Source: Chlorokybus atmophyticus
Taxonomy: Eukaryota > Plantae > Mesostigma and Chlorokybus algae
Reading direction: 5' to 3'
Length of the DNA: 64,000 bases
Assembly: GCA_009103225.1 (NCBI GenBank)
Contig: RHPI01002910.1
Coordinates: forward strand, 480,103 to 544,102
Of the stretch, positions 12,401-25,341 are shown piece after piece. The position numbers were made by a program, and so were the translations under genes. Within the stretch, counting starts at the first letter, position 1. Each line of letters starts with the position of its first letter. Below the pieces are notes generated by a model. That model had not been told where the DNA came from and did no database searches. It saw nothing but the letters and a program-made list of their open reading frames with translations.

Positions 12401-14093
12401 AATTATAAACCTGCAGTGCCTGAGCCGCCTCCATCCTCCAACTCTATGCCAGGAAATGATGCCGTATCCATCTGAAGTACGCAGGCCCATCAGTGATGCC
12501 TTATGAAAAGCTTCAGCTGGTTACATCTACCAATGACGGATGGACTTCCATATGCCTGGAGCGCATACAGCAAGTCAATGGCAACTGACTGTACCGCAAA
12601 GTGTTGAGCTCCGCGCGCCATCACGTTCGGAGTCACCACGCGCGTCACTTGCTTGCCAAGGTTGCTGTCATATATACTTACTGTAACCTGGGTGAGACAC
12701 ACATGCTGTGGGTTAGCAGCGCTGCGGCATAGAGCAGAACATGCTAGGCAACATGCACCTGTGGTTGCAGCTGCTTGGTTGAGCCGACTCGGTAAGAATC
12801 GAATGCGCTCGGGTCAAAACCCAAGACATGTGTGATCTGCGATGCAGAAAGAAGAATGAGTCGCACATGCCATCCAACATTGCACAATGCAGGTGTCGTT
12901 GACAGCTGACGCTTGACTCACTTCATGCCGCAATGTCTTTAGGAGAAGGTTGTTTGCCGATGAGTCGCCAACATATTGCGGCCCAACATTGACTTGACCT
13001 GCAGAACGTACACAACAACCCAGAATGAGCCCCGACAACTCACTCGCACCAACAGGCTAACAGAGTGTGTTACAAGCGAACCTGCAACGGCGCGGCCCCA
13101 CTGATCGCGCTCACAGCCGACAGCCCAAGCCAATGTGCTTCCAGTTGTCGGCCGAGCAGTAACAAACAGAACTAGATCGGCATTCGCAACGCCAGCTGGC
13201 CAACCCATGGTTGTGTCAGCAGCCACCAACATGCATGCATATCAAGCGAGTATGGCAAATACACTGATAAGAGGACATAGTCACTTACTGCTGGAGAATG
13301 AGCTCGGCACGTTCACACCACCATCCAACCCGCACGCACTATTGCTGCTCAGCTTAAGGTTGCCGGTGATGGGGTTGACTAGGAGCGTCCTCTCCCACCA
13401 AGTCACAACGGTACTCATTGCCTGTGTCAGCAAACAGTTATACATAAAGCAAAAGACGTAAAGTGCTGCTGAAACTGATACTGCGGGTTTCCTGCATACA
13501 AGAGCGGACTGCACCTGCTGCAAAGCCGTCCTCTTCGCGCTGTTCATAACATCAGCAGCCAAACAGGTGTAATAGCAGTCCTGATACACCTGCTGGCTGT
13601 CTGAACAGACAGCCGATGGCGAGCTTGGGTTATCAACCTGCAGTACAACAAACATGAGTAAGGTATACATTTCGCGAACAATGCTTGAATGGCATGCTAT
13701 CTACACGCGCTAAGTCATGTAGTGATGACGCAAGTCAACAATCAAAAGTGAAACAAAGTCTACCCAACATACCGCGACAACATCTCCGGCGTTCAAACAA
13801 TCGCGGCCTGCCAGGGTCCCCAGCTGGTCATAATTTATGACAATTCGGAGTTGCGCCCATGTATTTGGATCGCTGCCTTGCTGCAAGCGCCGTCCGGTTG
13901 ACAACACGCTCGTGTTGGAGCTCCAGCTGTCGCTATACTGCTGGTGCGCTACACTGTACAACGGTAGCCCGCGCTCGCGTCTTGTCTGTACAATGCGATC
14001 ATGTATGCATGAATGCGAATGTGCATCCACGCAAGTCAATAACAATAGGGAGACGAGTACAAGGACGCCAGCCGCGTAGTCCTGCGCAGCCAT
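9484..14093 (-). CDS. Leishmanolysin-like (peptidase M8) zinc metalloprotease with EGF repeats, Cys-rich Frizzled-like domain, TM helix and Pro/Tyr-rich tail; many exons
   Basis: Signal peptide [24 protein letters not shown], propeptide [29 protein letters not shown]|ITHVLGF split by intron 12837-12921, [43 protein letters not shown] units ([28 protein letters not shown]), [24 protein letters not shown]. Confidence 0.95.
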
Positions 14094-15562
14094 ACGACGC
14101 ATGCATAAGCTTCTTATACCCAGTCTGAGTGTGTGTGTGCAGTTATTCCTCTCCCCCCCCCCCCTCTTACCAGTGGAAACCAAAACAATAACCCTCCAAA
14201 ACACACACGTGCACGCGCGCACACGAGGGGGGGTGGGGGGATAACTAGTTGGGCTACGTGCAAGTCATACACACCACCAAGAGTGCAGCTCAAGCCTTGC
14301 GCGCATACGCATGCAGCTGTATGTGTGCTCACCATGAGATGAGGCAACCGTATATCGAGGCCAGTCGACCTCCAACACCGACCAAAAGTATAAACCACCA
14401 CGTTTGGTGCAGGCCTAAGTACCTCACCTGCAAGGAGGGACATCACAGCGGGTCAATAAACAAGTTCGCTCAGAGTAACACTCATGGCTTTGTTTTCACA
14501 CCAGCAGCACGAATGATGTGGATAATATGGATGTGGATAATTACACGATGAGGCCGTCATACGCAGGCCAAAAAGGCTTGCATGCCGGAGCTGAAAACTA
14601 CGTCAACCCGCTGTGGTCAATGCAACACTGTCTAACACAGCATGAACCACTAATGCATTTTCCAAAGACAGCAAGACAGATTGCGGGTAATCTTGTGTAT
14701 AATTGTACCACCTCGTCTTGTGTGTCACTAGGTCAAAGACCAGAGCTAGATCACACCTTGTAGCTTACAGCTGATAGCTGACAGCTGGCAACCTAACAGG
14801 CGCAAGCTTCTCCACAGCAGCAGCGAATGTAAGGCAGGGGCTAGGAATCAAGGCGACGGAGCTTCAACTTCCAGACGTATGTCCACAAATAAAAGCCCAA
14901 CATGGATACCGGTGACCTCGCCGCCGCCGCCGCCGCCTCCACCACCACCGCCGCCGCCGCCGCCACCGCCGTCGCCGCCGCTTGGACTGCTGTGCGCTGA
15001 GTGTGTTACGTGCCGCTGTTTGACAGCGCCAACAGCAACATTCGACTTTAGGGTACCACACTTGGACGCAATTAGGCGTCGGATGAAGCCAAGCAAATGC
15101 CACACCAAGTCGAGAAAGGTGACAGGCTTCGGCTACAAGCATGTGACCAGTTGAATTACGACTGAGTGTCACTGACATGACTTATCACCCCTTCGACCAG
15201 TGATAGATAGCCACTTCGTCATCGGTGAAATAATCATGAACGCTGTCATTATTATGTCACGTTGTCTGCGCGGACCGATTGGGCACGTCGGTAGTCGGCG
15301 ACCACATGAGAGGCGGTCGCCGACAGTCGAGTTGTGTACTGCCGACAGATCAGGTGTCGGCGCATAACCGGTTACAGTGTAAGGTTGTGGAACAGAATGC
15401 ATAAGCTGGGTGATTGAGGCTGGCGGTGGCGGTGGTGGCGGAGGAGCAGGAAGAGGAGGAGGTGGAGGTGACCACAAGCAGGAGGGTACGGTGCCACATA
15501 CCAACCAGACAACGATGCGGTTTGATACCTTGCCGGCATGGTGGTAGCCAAACCGGGCAAGC

Positions 15563-18500
15563 ATGGCGGTGGCCATGGGAAGGGTAAGGGCAGAGGAGGC
15601 AGAGGAGCGGCGGCGGCAGCTCATCGGTAAGTTGGCTTTGCAAAATTGTGTGCCACTCAGTAATCTTGTACGCGATGCAGTGTTCATGCTTCACAGCACT
15701 GCCATGCATGTGTCTCGGTCCGTTGTTAACCGCTGCGCACTGGCACTGGGTTGACTGGCTGCCTTCACTGCTGATCACAGTAAGCAACCGAGAGTGCTTG
15801 CATTTGCTCCGACAACTTATAATGCTACGGTGAAATGGCTCGGAAAGTTTGTTGCAGATTGTGTATTGAAGCCTTGCAACTTCTTCTGTTATTGTAGTAA
15901 GAGAGAGTTGGGATATGCAAGCACGCATTGCAACAGAATGATGGCACGCACTGCTGTACAGTCAATAGCGCCATACAGCATTGACCTCACTGTGATTTGC
16001 AATGCAGTGACAGCGATAGCAGCGCTGGGCCGTCACAGCAACTTGCAGCACAAGCGCCTGAACAGCTGCCGCCGCTGCAGCGGCCAGTGCGATCGGCAGT
16101 CTCTTTCTCGGAGCATAGCTCCTTTGCTGCGATTGGCGCATCCTTAGCTGGCCTGGTTACAGCTACGAAGCCGTTGTCTGCACCAGCAGTCAAAGCCATG
16201 TCTAACGAAGCACAAGCCTTCAGTAAACTGGGCCGACCGACAGCATTACTGTTTCCAGCTCTTCCAGCTGTCGATAACAGCCATGTGGTACACCACGCAT
16301 GGGTTGGGTGCATGCAAGCAACCACTGTTTGATGTTGCAGTTATGTAACACATGTGTTGTATATGTGGTCCAGAGCCCGACAGAGGTTTCTTCCTCCCTT
16401 GTAACGCCTCCTGCGAAGGGTAAACCACCAAGGCCGGGCCCCCTCATGCGTCAGAATGGCACGCTGAGAGATGAAGTGGATCGCATCAATGAGCCGGTGT
16501 TTCCTTGTTCACCGAGGTCTCCAAGAGCAGTGCGTCCAGGTACCCTCCCATATCAAACTATGGGCATCAACAACATGTGCAACACAAATTTCGGTATGTC
16601 GCTGAGGTTGTTGAGGTTTTGCATTGTTGTGGTAAGGAAGCATCCATTACGCTGCAGAAAGACCACTGCCAGAGCCTGTTTCGTGGCGAGATTACATCGG
16701 CAAAGAGCTTACCAGTGGCACGCTGACGCATGTTGAACAACGACCCCGCGGTCCATCTGCACGCCATCGGGTGTACAACACCATTCTCCATGTGCCCAGA
16801 CGTGTTGAACAGGTTTTAACTTCAACCTTCCACCTTACAACTGTCACCTCTTAATGTCTACCTTCGGCTTGCTAGCTGATTCTGTGAGGCCTGCTGACAT
16901 GTGACATGTGGCTACACAGTTTCTGCTGATGGCCGCGATGCTCAATTACGACGCTTGTACAGCCTTGTTTACCATTTTGCCCATCAAAGTTTGCCTTCAC
17001 CTTTTCCAACTGCCTTCACAGATATTGTACGCAACCTTTGCTCTTTGCTCGGTGGTGCTGACAGATGCCTTGAGCTTATCTGAGTGCTGACAGATCACGC
17101 AAGCGCCCGAGTGCGGATCAGATCAGTGACTTGCTATGCTTCTTCATTGTTGTCTTCGTTTCCATATCTCTGCAACGCCTTGGTATGACATTTGCTTGCT
17201 GCAATAGTTAACTGCGCGTATGTTCTATTACATCTGTATATCACACTGTAGCAGCTGCGTCCTTATTTTACTTTTGTTTAATGACAGAGATTAGTTTTCT
17301 CTACCATTGGATCAAAGGCCAAGAGTATATAAAGCTGTACGTCATTTACAACATGTTTGAGGTGGGTGTTCTTCATGATAAGTGCAAGTGGCATGAAGGA
17401 TGTACAAGCTGTGGATATATTCCATGGTTAACCTGGCTTTTGTGGCATGGCAGATAGTGGACAAGCTGTGCTGCTCCTTCAACACGGCTGTCCTCGAGGC
17501 CATGCTCATCAGTGCCTCCAACGCAGCATCCCCTTACCTAACGTCAGCAACAGATGCATCCATAAAGCTTGCGCTGGATTCTGCTGTGGCAACAGCGGCA
17601 GTCTTTATCCACTCAACAACCATTCTAATGCAGGTGTGCGACTGGCGCTTTGCAGATGGTAGTCATCAACAAGATCTGATGAAACCCAGCAACATGTGTT
17701 TTGCAGGCTATAACCCTCAACGTCGCCATCAACAGCCACAGCAACGCTCTGCTGACTGTGCTGATCAGCAACAACTTTGTTGAAATCAAGGGCAATGTAT
17801 TTAAGAAGATGTCGCGCGAGAACCTGCACAAAGTTGCTTGCATGGATGCCGTGGAGCGCTTCCACTTGAGCGTCTGCCTCTTGTTTGTTCTCGTGCAAAA
17901 CATATTGAGGTATGCATTAGTGCTGGTGCGTTGTGCGTAGTTTGCTGCTGTTGCACGTCCATTCTTATAAGAATGCATGCGTGGATGGTGACTGCCTTGT
18001 GGATTGTGGTTTACAATTTGTTTTCTGAAGCTGGTTCCTTTTGGTGGTTTCAGCGTTGCACCAGGCGATCTAACGACGTGGGGTGAGACAATACCATGGG
18101 TGTTGCAGCTATGTGGCAATGCTTGCCTGGTCATCGGTGCAGAAGTGCTGGTGGACATTGTCAAGCACGCTTTCCTCGCCAACTTCAATGACATTGAGCC
18201 GGGCACGTACAGCGAGTACCTGCAGGAGCTTTGTTACCGGGTTGCAACCTCGCAGTCACATCATGTTCACCGGACTCTCAACTTTGTGCCTTTGGCACCT
18301 GCGTGTGTGGTAAACAGCGGCTTTGCCTCAACCCATCGCTATTCCCAAGGCCTTACTACGACTGAAGCTAACTGCTTTTGTGTGCAGGTTATTCGGATAC
18401 TGATGCGTTTGTTCAGGGCAGTGAAGTGGAAAAAGTCCTCCCTTTTCCAAAACTGCCTGTATGTGTCCACTTGGCTTGCAGGATGGCTATTGCTATTCTG

Positions 18501-18591
18501 TAGTAAGCTAGTGGTGGGCTTTTTACTGCAGCTGTACGCAAGGGCGTATTTGAGACGGCATCAGACATCAGAGAAAGCACATCATCTGTAG
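15563..18591 (+). CDS. TAPT1: TAPT1/EMP65/POD1-family ER membrane protein; multi-exon
   Basis: RHRVYNTILHVPRRVE, RPSADQISDLLCF, DISFLYHWIKGQEYIKLYVIYNMFE, AITLNVAINSHSNALLTVLISNNFVEIKGNVFKK, DAVERFHL, VDIVKHAFLANFN, LNFVPLAPAC. The start codon at 15563 is the best guess. Confidence 0.92.
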
Positions 18592-20743
18592 CATCTATAA
18601 AGTCAGCATTCCAAAGGCATGCAAACCGTGCTCTGTACATTGTCGTGCTCATCTCGAGCACTTAGCGTAGTCAGTACATTTGCATGTTATGAAATACATT
18701 CTATGTGATGCAAACTTATTGTGATTGGTTTGTAAAGGTAACTTGTCGCGATGGGTTTGTTTTGTCCTTATGCTTAGTGCTTTGGACTTTTGTACACATC
18801 AGGATCTTTGTATGCATTGGATTGGTTCCTCTTCTATGCTGGCAGACGGATAGGCTAGTTGCATCATGCGGCATATGTGCATTTATGGGCTGTGCCACAC
18901 ATGCTCAATCATGCAATGCCACGCCCAAAGCAAGCCAAGCAAGCAAACACACCAATAATTAGCTATATACATTAGAGGGTTGGTTAGGGGCCTGACTCAA
19001 CCAATGCCACTAAGTGCAAGCAGCGGCATTAGCGAGGGTGGACTGAATGACGAGGGAAACGACACAGCAGGTGCACACGCAGTAGACATTGGCACTACCT
19101 GCATGCTTGTCAGTTGTTGTATGCCAATTTACGCGGATAACATAGTACCTTGAATAAGGTCATTCGAGAAGAAAATTGCAGATTCTATAAATGTACACAT
19201 GTTTGTGAGTGGTTGTTGTGCATGGCATGTTCACATAGATTTGCATGTGGTTTGTCCTGGTGTTGTTTTGGAGTGTGGAAGTCTAGGTTGTAAGCTTTGC
19301 TTGGGCCCCCCGCCAAATTGATTGTTGCTTGCCTGTTGTGCTTGTCTTGTAATTGCTTGCTACATCATATGTGCACGCACATTTACCCATCAAGTGTACA
19401 TGATATGCGCAATGTTGTCATGAACGGACATCACCCGGAGCATACCAACCAACTGTCAAGCACACTCGAACACCACCATCGGGCTATATACACCGCTAGT
19501 GCTTTGCGCATTTCGAATGTTTGCTATGTGTGAGTTCCTTGCGTCTTGTACTCCACTGTATGCATATATTATGCATCAATTTGCATATCATGTACAGATC
19601 ATGCAATGCAAGCATAATGTGCCAGCAACAACAGCGGGCGCAGCAAGCAAAGGCAGGTAAAGCACAAAGAGTTAACCCCCAAAAGCCATATGCTGTAACT
19701 TCACTACGTATTGTTTGTGTATGCAGCGCTGTGTGATAAGACAGCATGGACTGTGTGACTGACCCAATGAGCATACAGAATGCATTGTGGGCAATTATTA
19801 ATGTTATATACTTGAATATTTATAGTATTGATGTATAAAAGTTATAAACTACGTGTTTTGTGCAGGTCATGTTTTAACAATGAGATACGTGGTATTTGTT
19901 ACCTATGATTAGTAATAACTTGCAATATTAAAAACACATGTACATGTCAACTATGCAAATGTAAATATCAATTACACTTGGACAACCATTGTATTATGCA
20001 CACATCATTTGCAACCTAAAGCCGTTATCATCAAGACCATGGCAATGTGCTTTGCCTTTAATTTAGCACTTATACACATGCATTCCAATGTCGCAAATGC
20101 AACAGTTTATATACACATGCATCGCACCCAACCGCAAGGCAAAGCACTCAGCAATTCGTTACATGTCGGTATTGAACGTCTATATATAATAATTACGTAG
20201 TTGCGCAATTTCGTGAGAGTTTGCAATAATGTATGCATCTTGTGCTATCAACAAGATGCATGGCAAATGTAAAAGAATGGAGAGAATAAAAAGAGGTTTT
20301 CAGCAAAGACACTTATGTACCAACGTTTGTATAACATGCAGCCTTACTTGGAACATTGCATTGATTGATTATGAGTTGACGTTGATTGCTATAAGCATTG
20401 GCTTTCAGGCCTTCTTGCATCTTGCAATTGGGCACAGCCAGGAAAGGGGGAATGTTGCTTTTGATCTCCGTGAACGTGCACTACAGTTGCTCAATGCTTA
20501 TAACACCCGAGATCCTCACTCTCACATCGCGGGAGACGCGTGCACGTCGCGACACGCATAGCACGTGCATCTGGAAAGATGTCGAAGACGACAACGCCAA
20601 CGACGATGGCTGCAGCCTGCAGCCCAGCATAGCACGGCCGCAGACCCGGCTCCGTGATTGACCGATGCATCAAACCCACAACCCCAATCATCCCATCCCA
20701 CCGCTTCCCAACCAATTGACCGCATTGACGCCAGCCTTCATCC

Positions 20744-21449
20744 GATTCACTTACTTGAATCACAGGTTGTGAATCACAGGTTGTCACGCACTGGAACCAA
20801 GTGAATCATCACATGCCCGTTTCTCTGTGTCTGACCGTCGCTCTTCCGCTTCCTTCTCTTTCGCGCCTGCGTCGCCCCGAATCTTCCCTGCCAGACATAC
20901 GTGGCCAACCGCCTGCGAATCAGTGCAGAAACTGGAATCTCTCTCGCAACCGTCAGCCTAACCGCTCACAGTGAACTGCCGACCGGCATTTTGCTCGATG
21001 TCATTGTATTTTGCTTGTAGAAGCGGCGGGAAGGTAGGTGGATATCTGTATTGTTTCCAGTCAGCGAACTGAGGCTGTCAGCCAACGTGAAGGTGCAGCA
21101 CGGAGGATTCCCCCGCGGCTTCTCGTCGCGCGGTGCGAGGTCGCCCGCTTGGTCAGCGCCCGGGCACCGCGAGGGGGCCCATGTAAAACGCGTTAGTTTA
21201 TTCAAAGGCAAACAAGCAAGGCAGGCTGAGCTTGGCCCCCCAAAGCTGATAACATAGCTGATAAGACGTGAGCGCGAATTGTTGCGTTTTCAAGGATTCC
21301 CCGATATTCCCTCAGAATCCTGCTTGACAGACAAGTGTGGAACCTATTGACTGTGTGACAGGTCAAGCGACCGGTTGGGCGCTGATGGAAAGCACCGGTC
21401 GCACCAACTGCGGCTGCCAGCTCCAAGACCGACCGTGCCGGCCGGAATC
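20744..21449. promoter_or_regulatory. Cluster of 11 GAATC/GATTC motifs upstream of the GARP gene (candidate NIGT1-type binding sites)
   Basis: Sites at 20744, 20757, 20771, 20803, 20879, 20917, 20935, 21106, 21295, 21315 and 21445. Confidence 0.55.
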
Positions 21450-22088
21450 CTTGGCCTGGTCTATGGCGCAGGCAGCGGCGGCGGCAGCGGTGGTGGGGGA
21501 GGCGGCGGCGGTGTCATTGTCGTTGAGCTGCGTGCTGGGGACGCCTGGATCTGCTGTGGGAAGTAGCGCGTCGCTGGTTGTACGTAGCGTGCTGGAGAGG
21601 TGGACCGTTGGTTACCGCCTTGCTGCGGTGCGTGGCTGGATCAACTTGCCCTTAGCTAAGCCTGCGTGGGTTTGTTGTCGTAGGATCAGCTGGCGGACTG
21701 CTGTTTTGCATGGGTGATGCATAAGCTTGCAGCGTCTGTGCTTCAATGTACATGCTGCTTGTTGGAAAGCTGGCCACTCTGCTGCGGCACTGGTTTGCTT
21801 GTGTGTGCGTATGAGCAGAGTTTGCCACGGCGCCCGCTTCAGTATCTATGCCTGAAAGCGCTTCCCGTTGCTAGCATGCAGGGAGTTTTTTGATCAGCTG
21901 AGACACGTAGACGGCGGAGTGGCTGTGGAGCATGCGAAGCGTAGCATATGGTGCTGAAGCCTCGAGCACAACCAGCACAAGCAACTTCTCCCACGGCACT
22001 ATTCTAGAGTATAGTCATAGACTTAGGTTGGGCAGCTATTGCCGCAGCTTTTGGTATGGGGTAGTGAGCACCTGTTGTGGAAGTGCGG

Positions 22089-24406
22089 ATGTTGGGTTCC
22101 TGGGCGGAGCGGTTGTTCTATTCTGCGAGTGTTCGTGCTGCACAAGGGGCAGGAGCAGGAGCTGGAGCTGGGGACGGAGGAGGAGGAGGTGGTGGTAGTG
22201 CAGGAGGGCATGACCATGCAGGAGGTGGGCCGGTTTCCCGAACACCCCCACCTCCATTGACGCCCGCCGAATTGGAGCAGTACCTCACTGCCCTTACAGC
22301 GGAGCGCAGCAAAGTTGAGGTCTTCAAGCGGGAGTTGCCCTGCTGCACACAGTTGCTTGATGGAGGTAGGCCCTTAAGCTGCATGCATAGTGTCCGGTCC
22401 ATGCTGGTGCTAGCATACAGCACCCATGTGCATAAGACCAGCATCATGCGGCTATTTGTGTAGGGTCGTTGCTATGTGCTGATGCTGCGGCCAGCATTGT
22501 CTGTCTACCACATCTCTCGCTGCTATGTTCCGGCTTGATATGCTCATGGTATTGTCGAATGTTGACCATCATCCGGCTTGAGATGCTCATGGCATTGTTG
22601 AATGTTGACCATCAATACGGTCAGCTGGAGCACTGCTTACGTTTGCTGCTGCTCTAGCCCTAAGTTGGCATGTGTGCTTTGCGGCATCTTGGGTGTGCGT
22701 GGAATGCTTCCACAAAGTTGCATGGCTGGTCGGCACGTTGTTGCCTTTTCTGTAGTGGTTTGTTGCTTGATGCCACGCCAATATACGTCTTATGTTGTGC
22801 AGCCATTGCTTACATCCAAACAGTTGTTGCGAGTCAGCCACAGCAGGCTGAGGCGCCAAGCACTCAGGAGGCTGATGCCGATCAGCCATCATCATCAACC
22901 CCGTCTGTAGAGACAACATCGCCACCAGTAGCTCCCCTTCCCCCACCTCCCTTGTTTTCACCTCCCTGGCCGCACCTGCCATGGCCAGGAGCACAGCCAT
23001 GGGCACCAAATGCACAGATGTGGGGAGCCAGCAAGGATGGTATGGCGATTGCAAAAGGACAGCAGGTACCCTTCTCGGCACCGGTGGCGATACCAGCGGT
23101 GGCGATGAAGACAGAACAAACCTCACCTGTGCATGTCTCTCAATCGTACTCCCCTCCACGGATGCCATCCCCTGTACATGCCTCTCCACCTGTTGTAGTG
23201 CCGCAGCCGCATCGCCCTGCCGTGGTTTTGGCTTCTCACGGCGGTGCCTTCACGCCTTTTCTCCCAGCACGCGAGCCTGATCCCAACAGGTCTCCACCAC
23301 GGTCGCAGTCACAAGAGCACGCCAGCACCTCTCGGCCATCAGCAGAGGCGTGTCGCACAAGCCATTCGAAAGAAACTCGCTCCGATTCGGATGGTGACAA
23401 GGGTGCACCTCGCAAAGCACGGCGCTGCTGGAATACAGAGCTTCACAGGCGCTTTGTCGATGCACTTGAACAGTTGGGCGGCTGCCATAGTAAGTGTCAA
23501 CGTCATAACATAGCAATGCTGGCATGCATGCGACCAAAATACAGCGCACTGACCATGTGTCAATGGCAGCGGCAACACCAAAGCAGATACGGGAGTTGAT
23601 GCTTGTGCCTGGCCTCACAAATGATGAAGTGAAGAGTCACTTACAGGTATGCAATGCCATCCAAGGAGCTGCTTGCATGGCATTGAGCAGAAGTAAAGCC
23701 CCATTGTCCAATGCAGAAATACCGACTGCACTTGCGGCGGCCGCAGTCTTCTCCTCAGCCACGCGGACCACCTGAGCCTTGGCAAATGCCTTCTGGTGCC
23801 ATGCCTCCGATGATGCACCCTGGCATGCTGCCGGGGATGATCCCCGCAATGACAGCGCACATGCAGGACCCGCAGAGCTACCAGGCTGCCGTAGAGGCAT
23901 GGTATGCTGCCATGGCTGTCAGGTCTGCTTACCACAACATGCACCCGCACTCTGGCAACTCGCAGTACCTGAAGCTTTTTATGTGCACACGTCGTTGTTC
24001 TTAGTGTTGTGCATGAGGACTCGCATGTAGCAGCATGTTGCTCGGCAGGTGTTTGCATGCATAGTAGGAACGATGTTGATGCAAGCGCAGTATGAGTGCT
24101 TAAACGTTGCTGTCATTGAACGTGACCACCGATAACCACCACCAACAACAAATCTGTCCTCTTAACAGGCACGATCCTAGTGGTGTCACAACTCTATCGC
24201 TTGGCAGAGGGCAAGCGCCTCCCCAGCCAACATCCTCCGCGCCTCTGATGCAAGAAACCAACCCCGAGTACTCCGGTGACGCTTCCGCTCAAGCTGCGGC
24301 GCCAGCAAGCGCACCTGGCGCGCCCTGGCCAACCCCTTCTGGTTCCCACCCGATGGATGGATCCACAAGCGGCAGTTCAATGTCTGATGCTGCGGGATCC
24401 GGCTGA
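22089..24406 (+). CDS. GARP (G2-like MYB) transcription factor, HRS1/HHO/NIGT1 subfamily; multi-exon
   Basis: N-terminal coiled coil [25 protein letters not shown] is typical of HRS1/HHO. DNA-binding domain [26 protein letters not shown]|[25 protein letters not shown]|KYRLH is assembled across GT-AG introns. The 5' end is uncertain (an upstream ATG exists at 21463). Confidence 0.92.
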
Positions 24407-25341
24407 TACTTATCACGCAAGGACAGCAGCGTCAACATCTCAACCTAGTTAGCAGTCAATGGTGGCTACGACCAGGTACTCGTCGTCGCTCCACAAACTG
24501 TATGTTTCAACTTATTGGCTTGTTTAGCTGATCTTGAGTGGTGCGGTTTCTGCAGGTATGACTACAGTCGCCAAGGGAACGGAAGCAGGTATTTAAGAAC
24601 ACAGGCATGACAAGGCAGGCACCGCGGTGGAGCTTTCAACTCGTGAACTCCAGGGTGTCGTATGCACAAATAAGTGTAGATTCACACGGATATGATGAAC
24701 TGCCATAATGATACAACAGCAACAGTGGCCAGCATATCCAACACATAAGCCCGTGTAGCCGTAGAGCAGCTACATCAGCAGCACACAGCGATATTGCTAC
24801 TGGTCAGAGCAGTGATAAGCTCTACAGTACAGCTTAAAGTACTCAATGTGATGCATGCTAGTATGCATGTTGCCTGCTGCTTTGCATACTGCTTGCCTGT
24901 GCATGTCAAGTTGCTTTTGCAAGCTTTGACGGGGGCGGTGCCAGCACTGCAGCATTGGTGCCCGGTCACCTGGCCATAAATGCTGATGTACCATGATTGG
25001 TTGGACCTGCCTTTTACCCTCTAGTAACTAAACTTCACCTCTCCCGATGGCCGAGTATTACCGCAGCTTTCCAATGGCCGATGCAGCAGCGCACTCAGAC
25101 GACAGAATCATATTGCATATTTTTGCCTTCTGCGTGCTGCACATTAAATATATCTGGCTATACTGCCCTCCCAATCAATCTTTTGTTCAGTTGAGTTGTT
25201 TAAGCATCCATGGTTGTTTAAAGTCCATGGTGTGTGCTGTCCTTGTCTAGGCGTTCACTGTATACCCTGTTTGCAACGCGCAAAAAAACTCACAAGCAGC
25301 AACAGGGACTGGTGGCAATCATATGCATCGCGTATGCGATG

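Noticed and set aside
14848-15154. Poly-Pro/poly-Gly ORFs (14879-15154+, 14848-15108-)
   Set aside because: They arise from a (CCG/CCA)n microsatellite that is open in several frames; no domain or splice support.
21337-21717. ORF with MAQAAAAAA...SLSLS as a possible first GARP exon with an EAR-like motif
   Set aside because: No convincing in-frame splice to the 22089 exon; may be 5' UTR GCG repeats.
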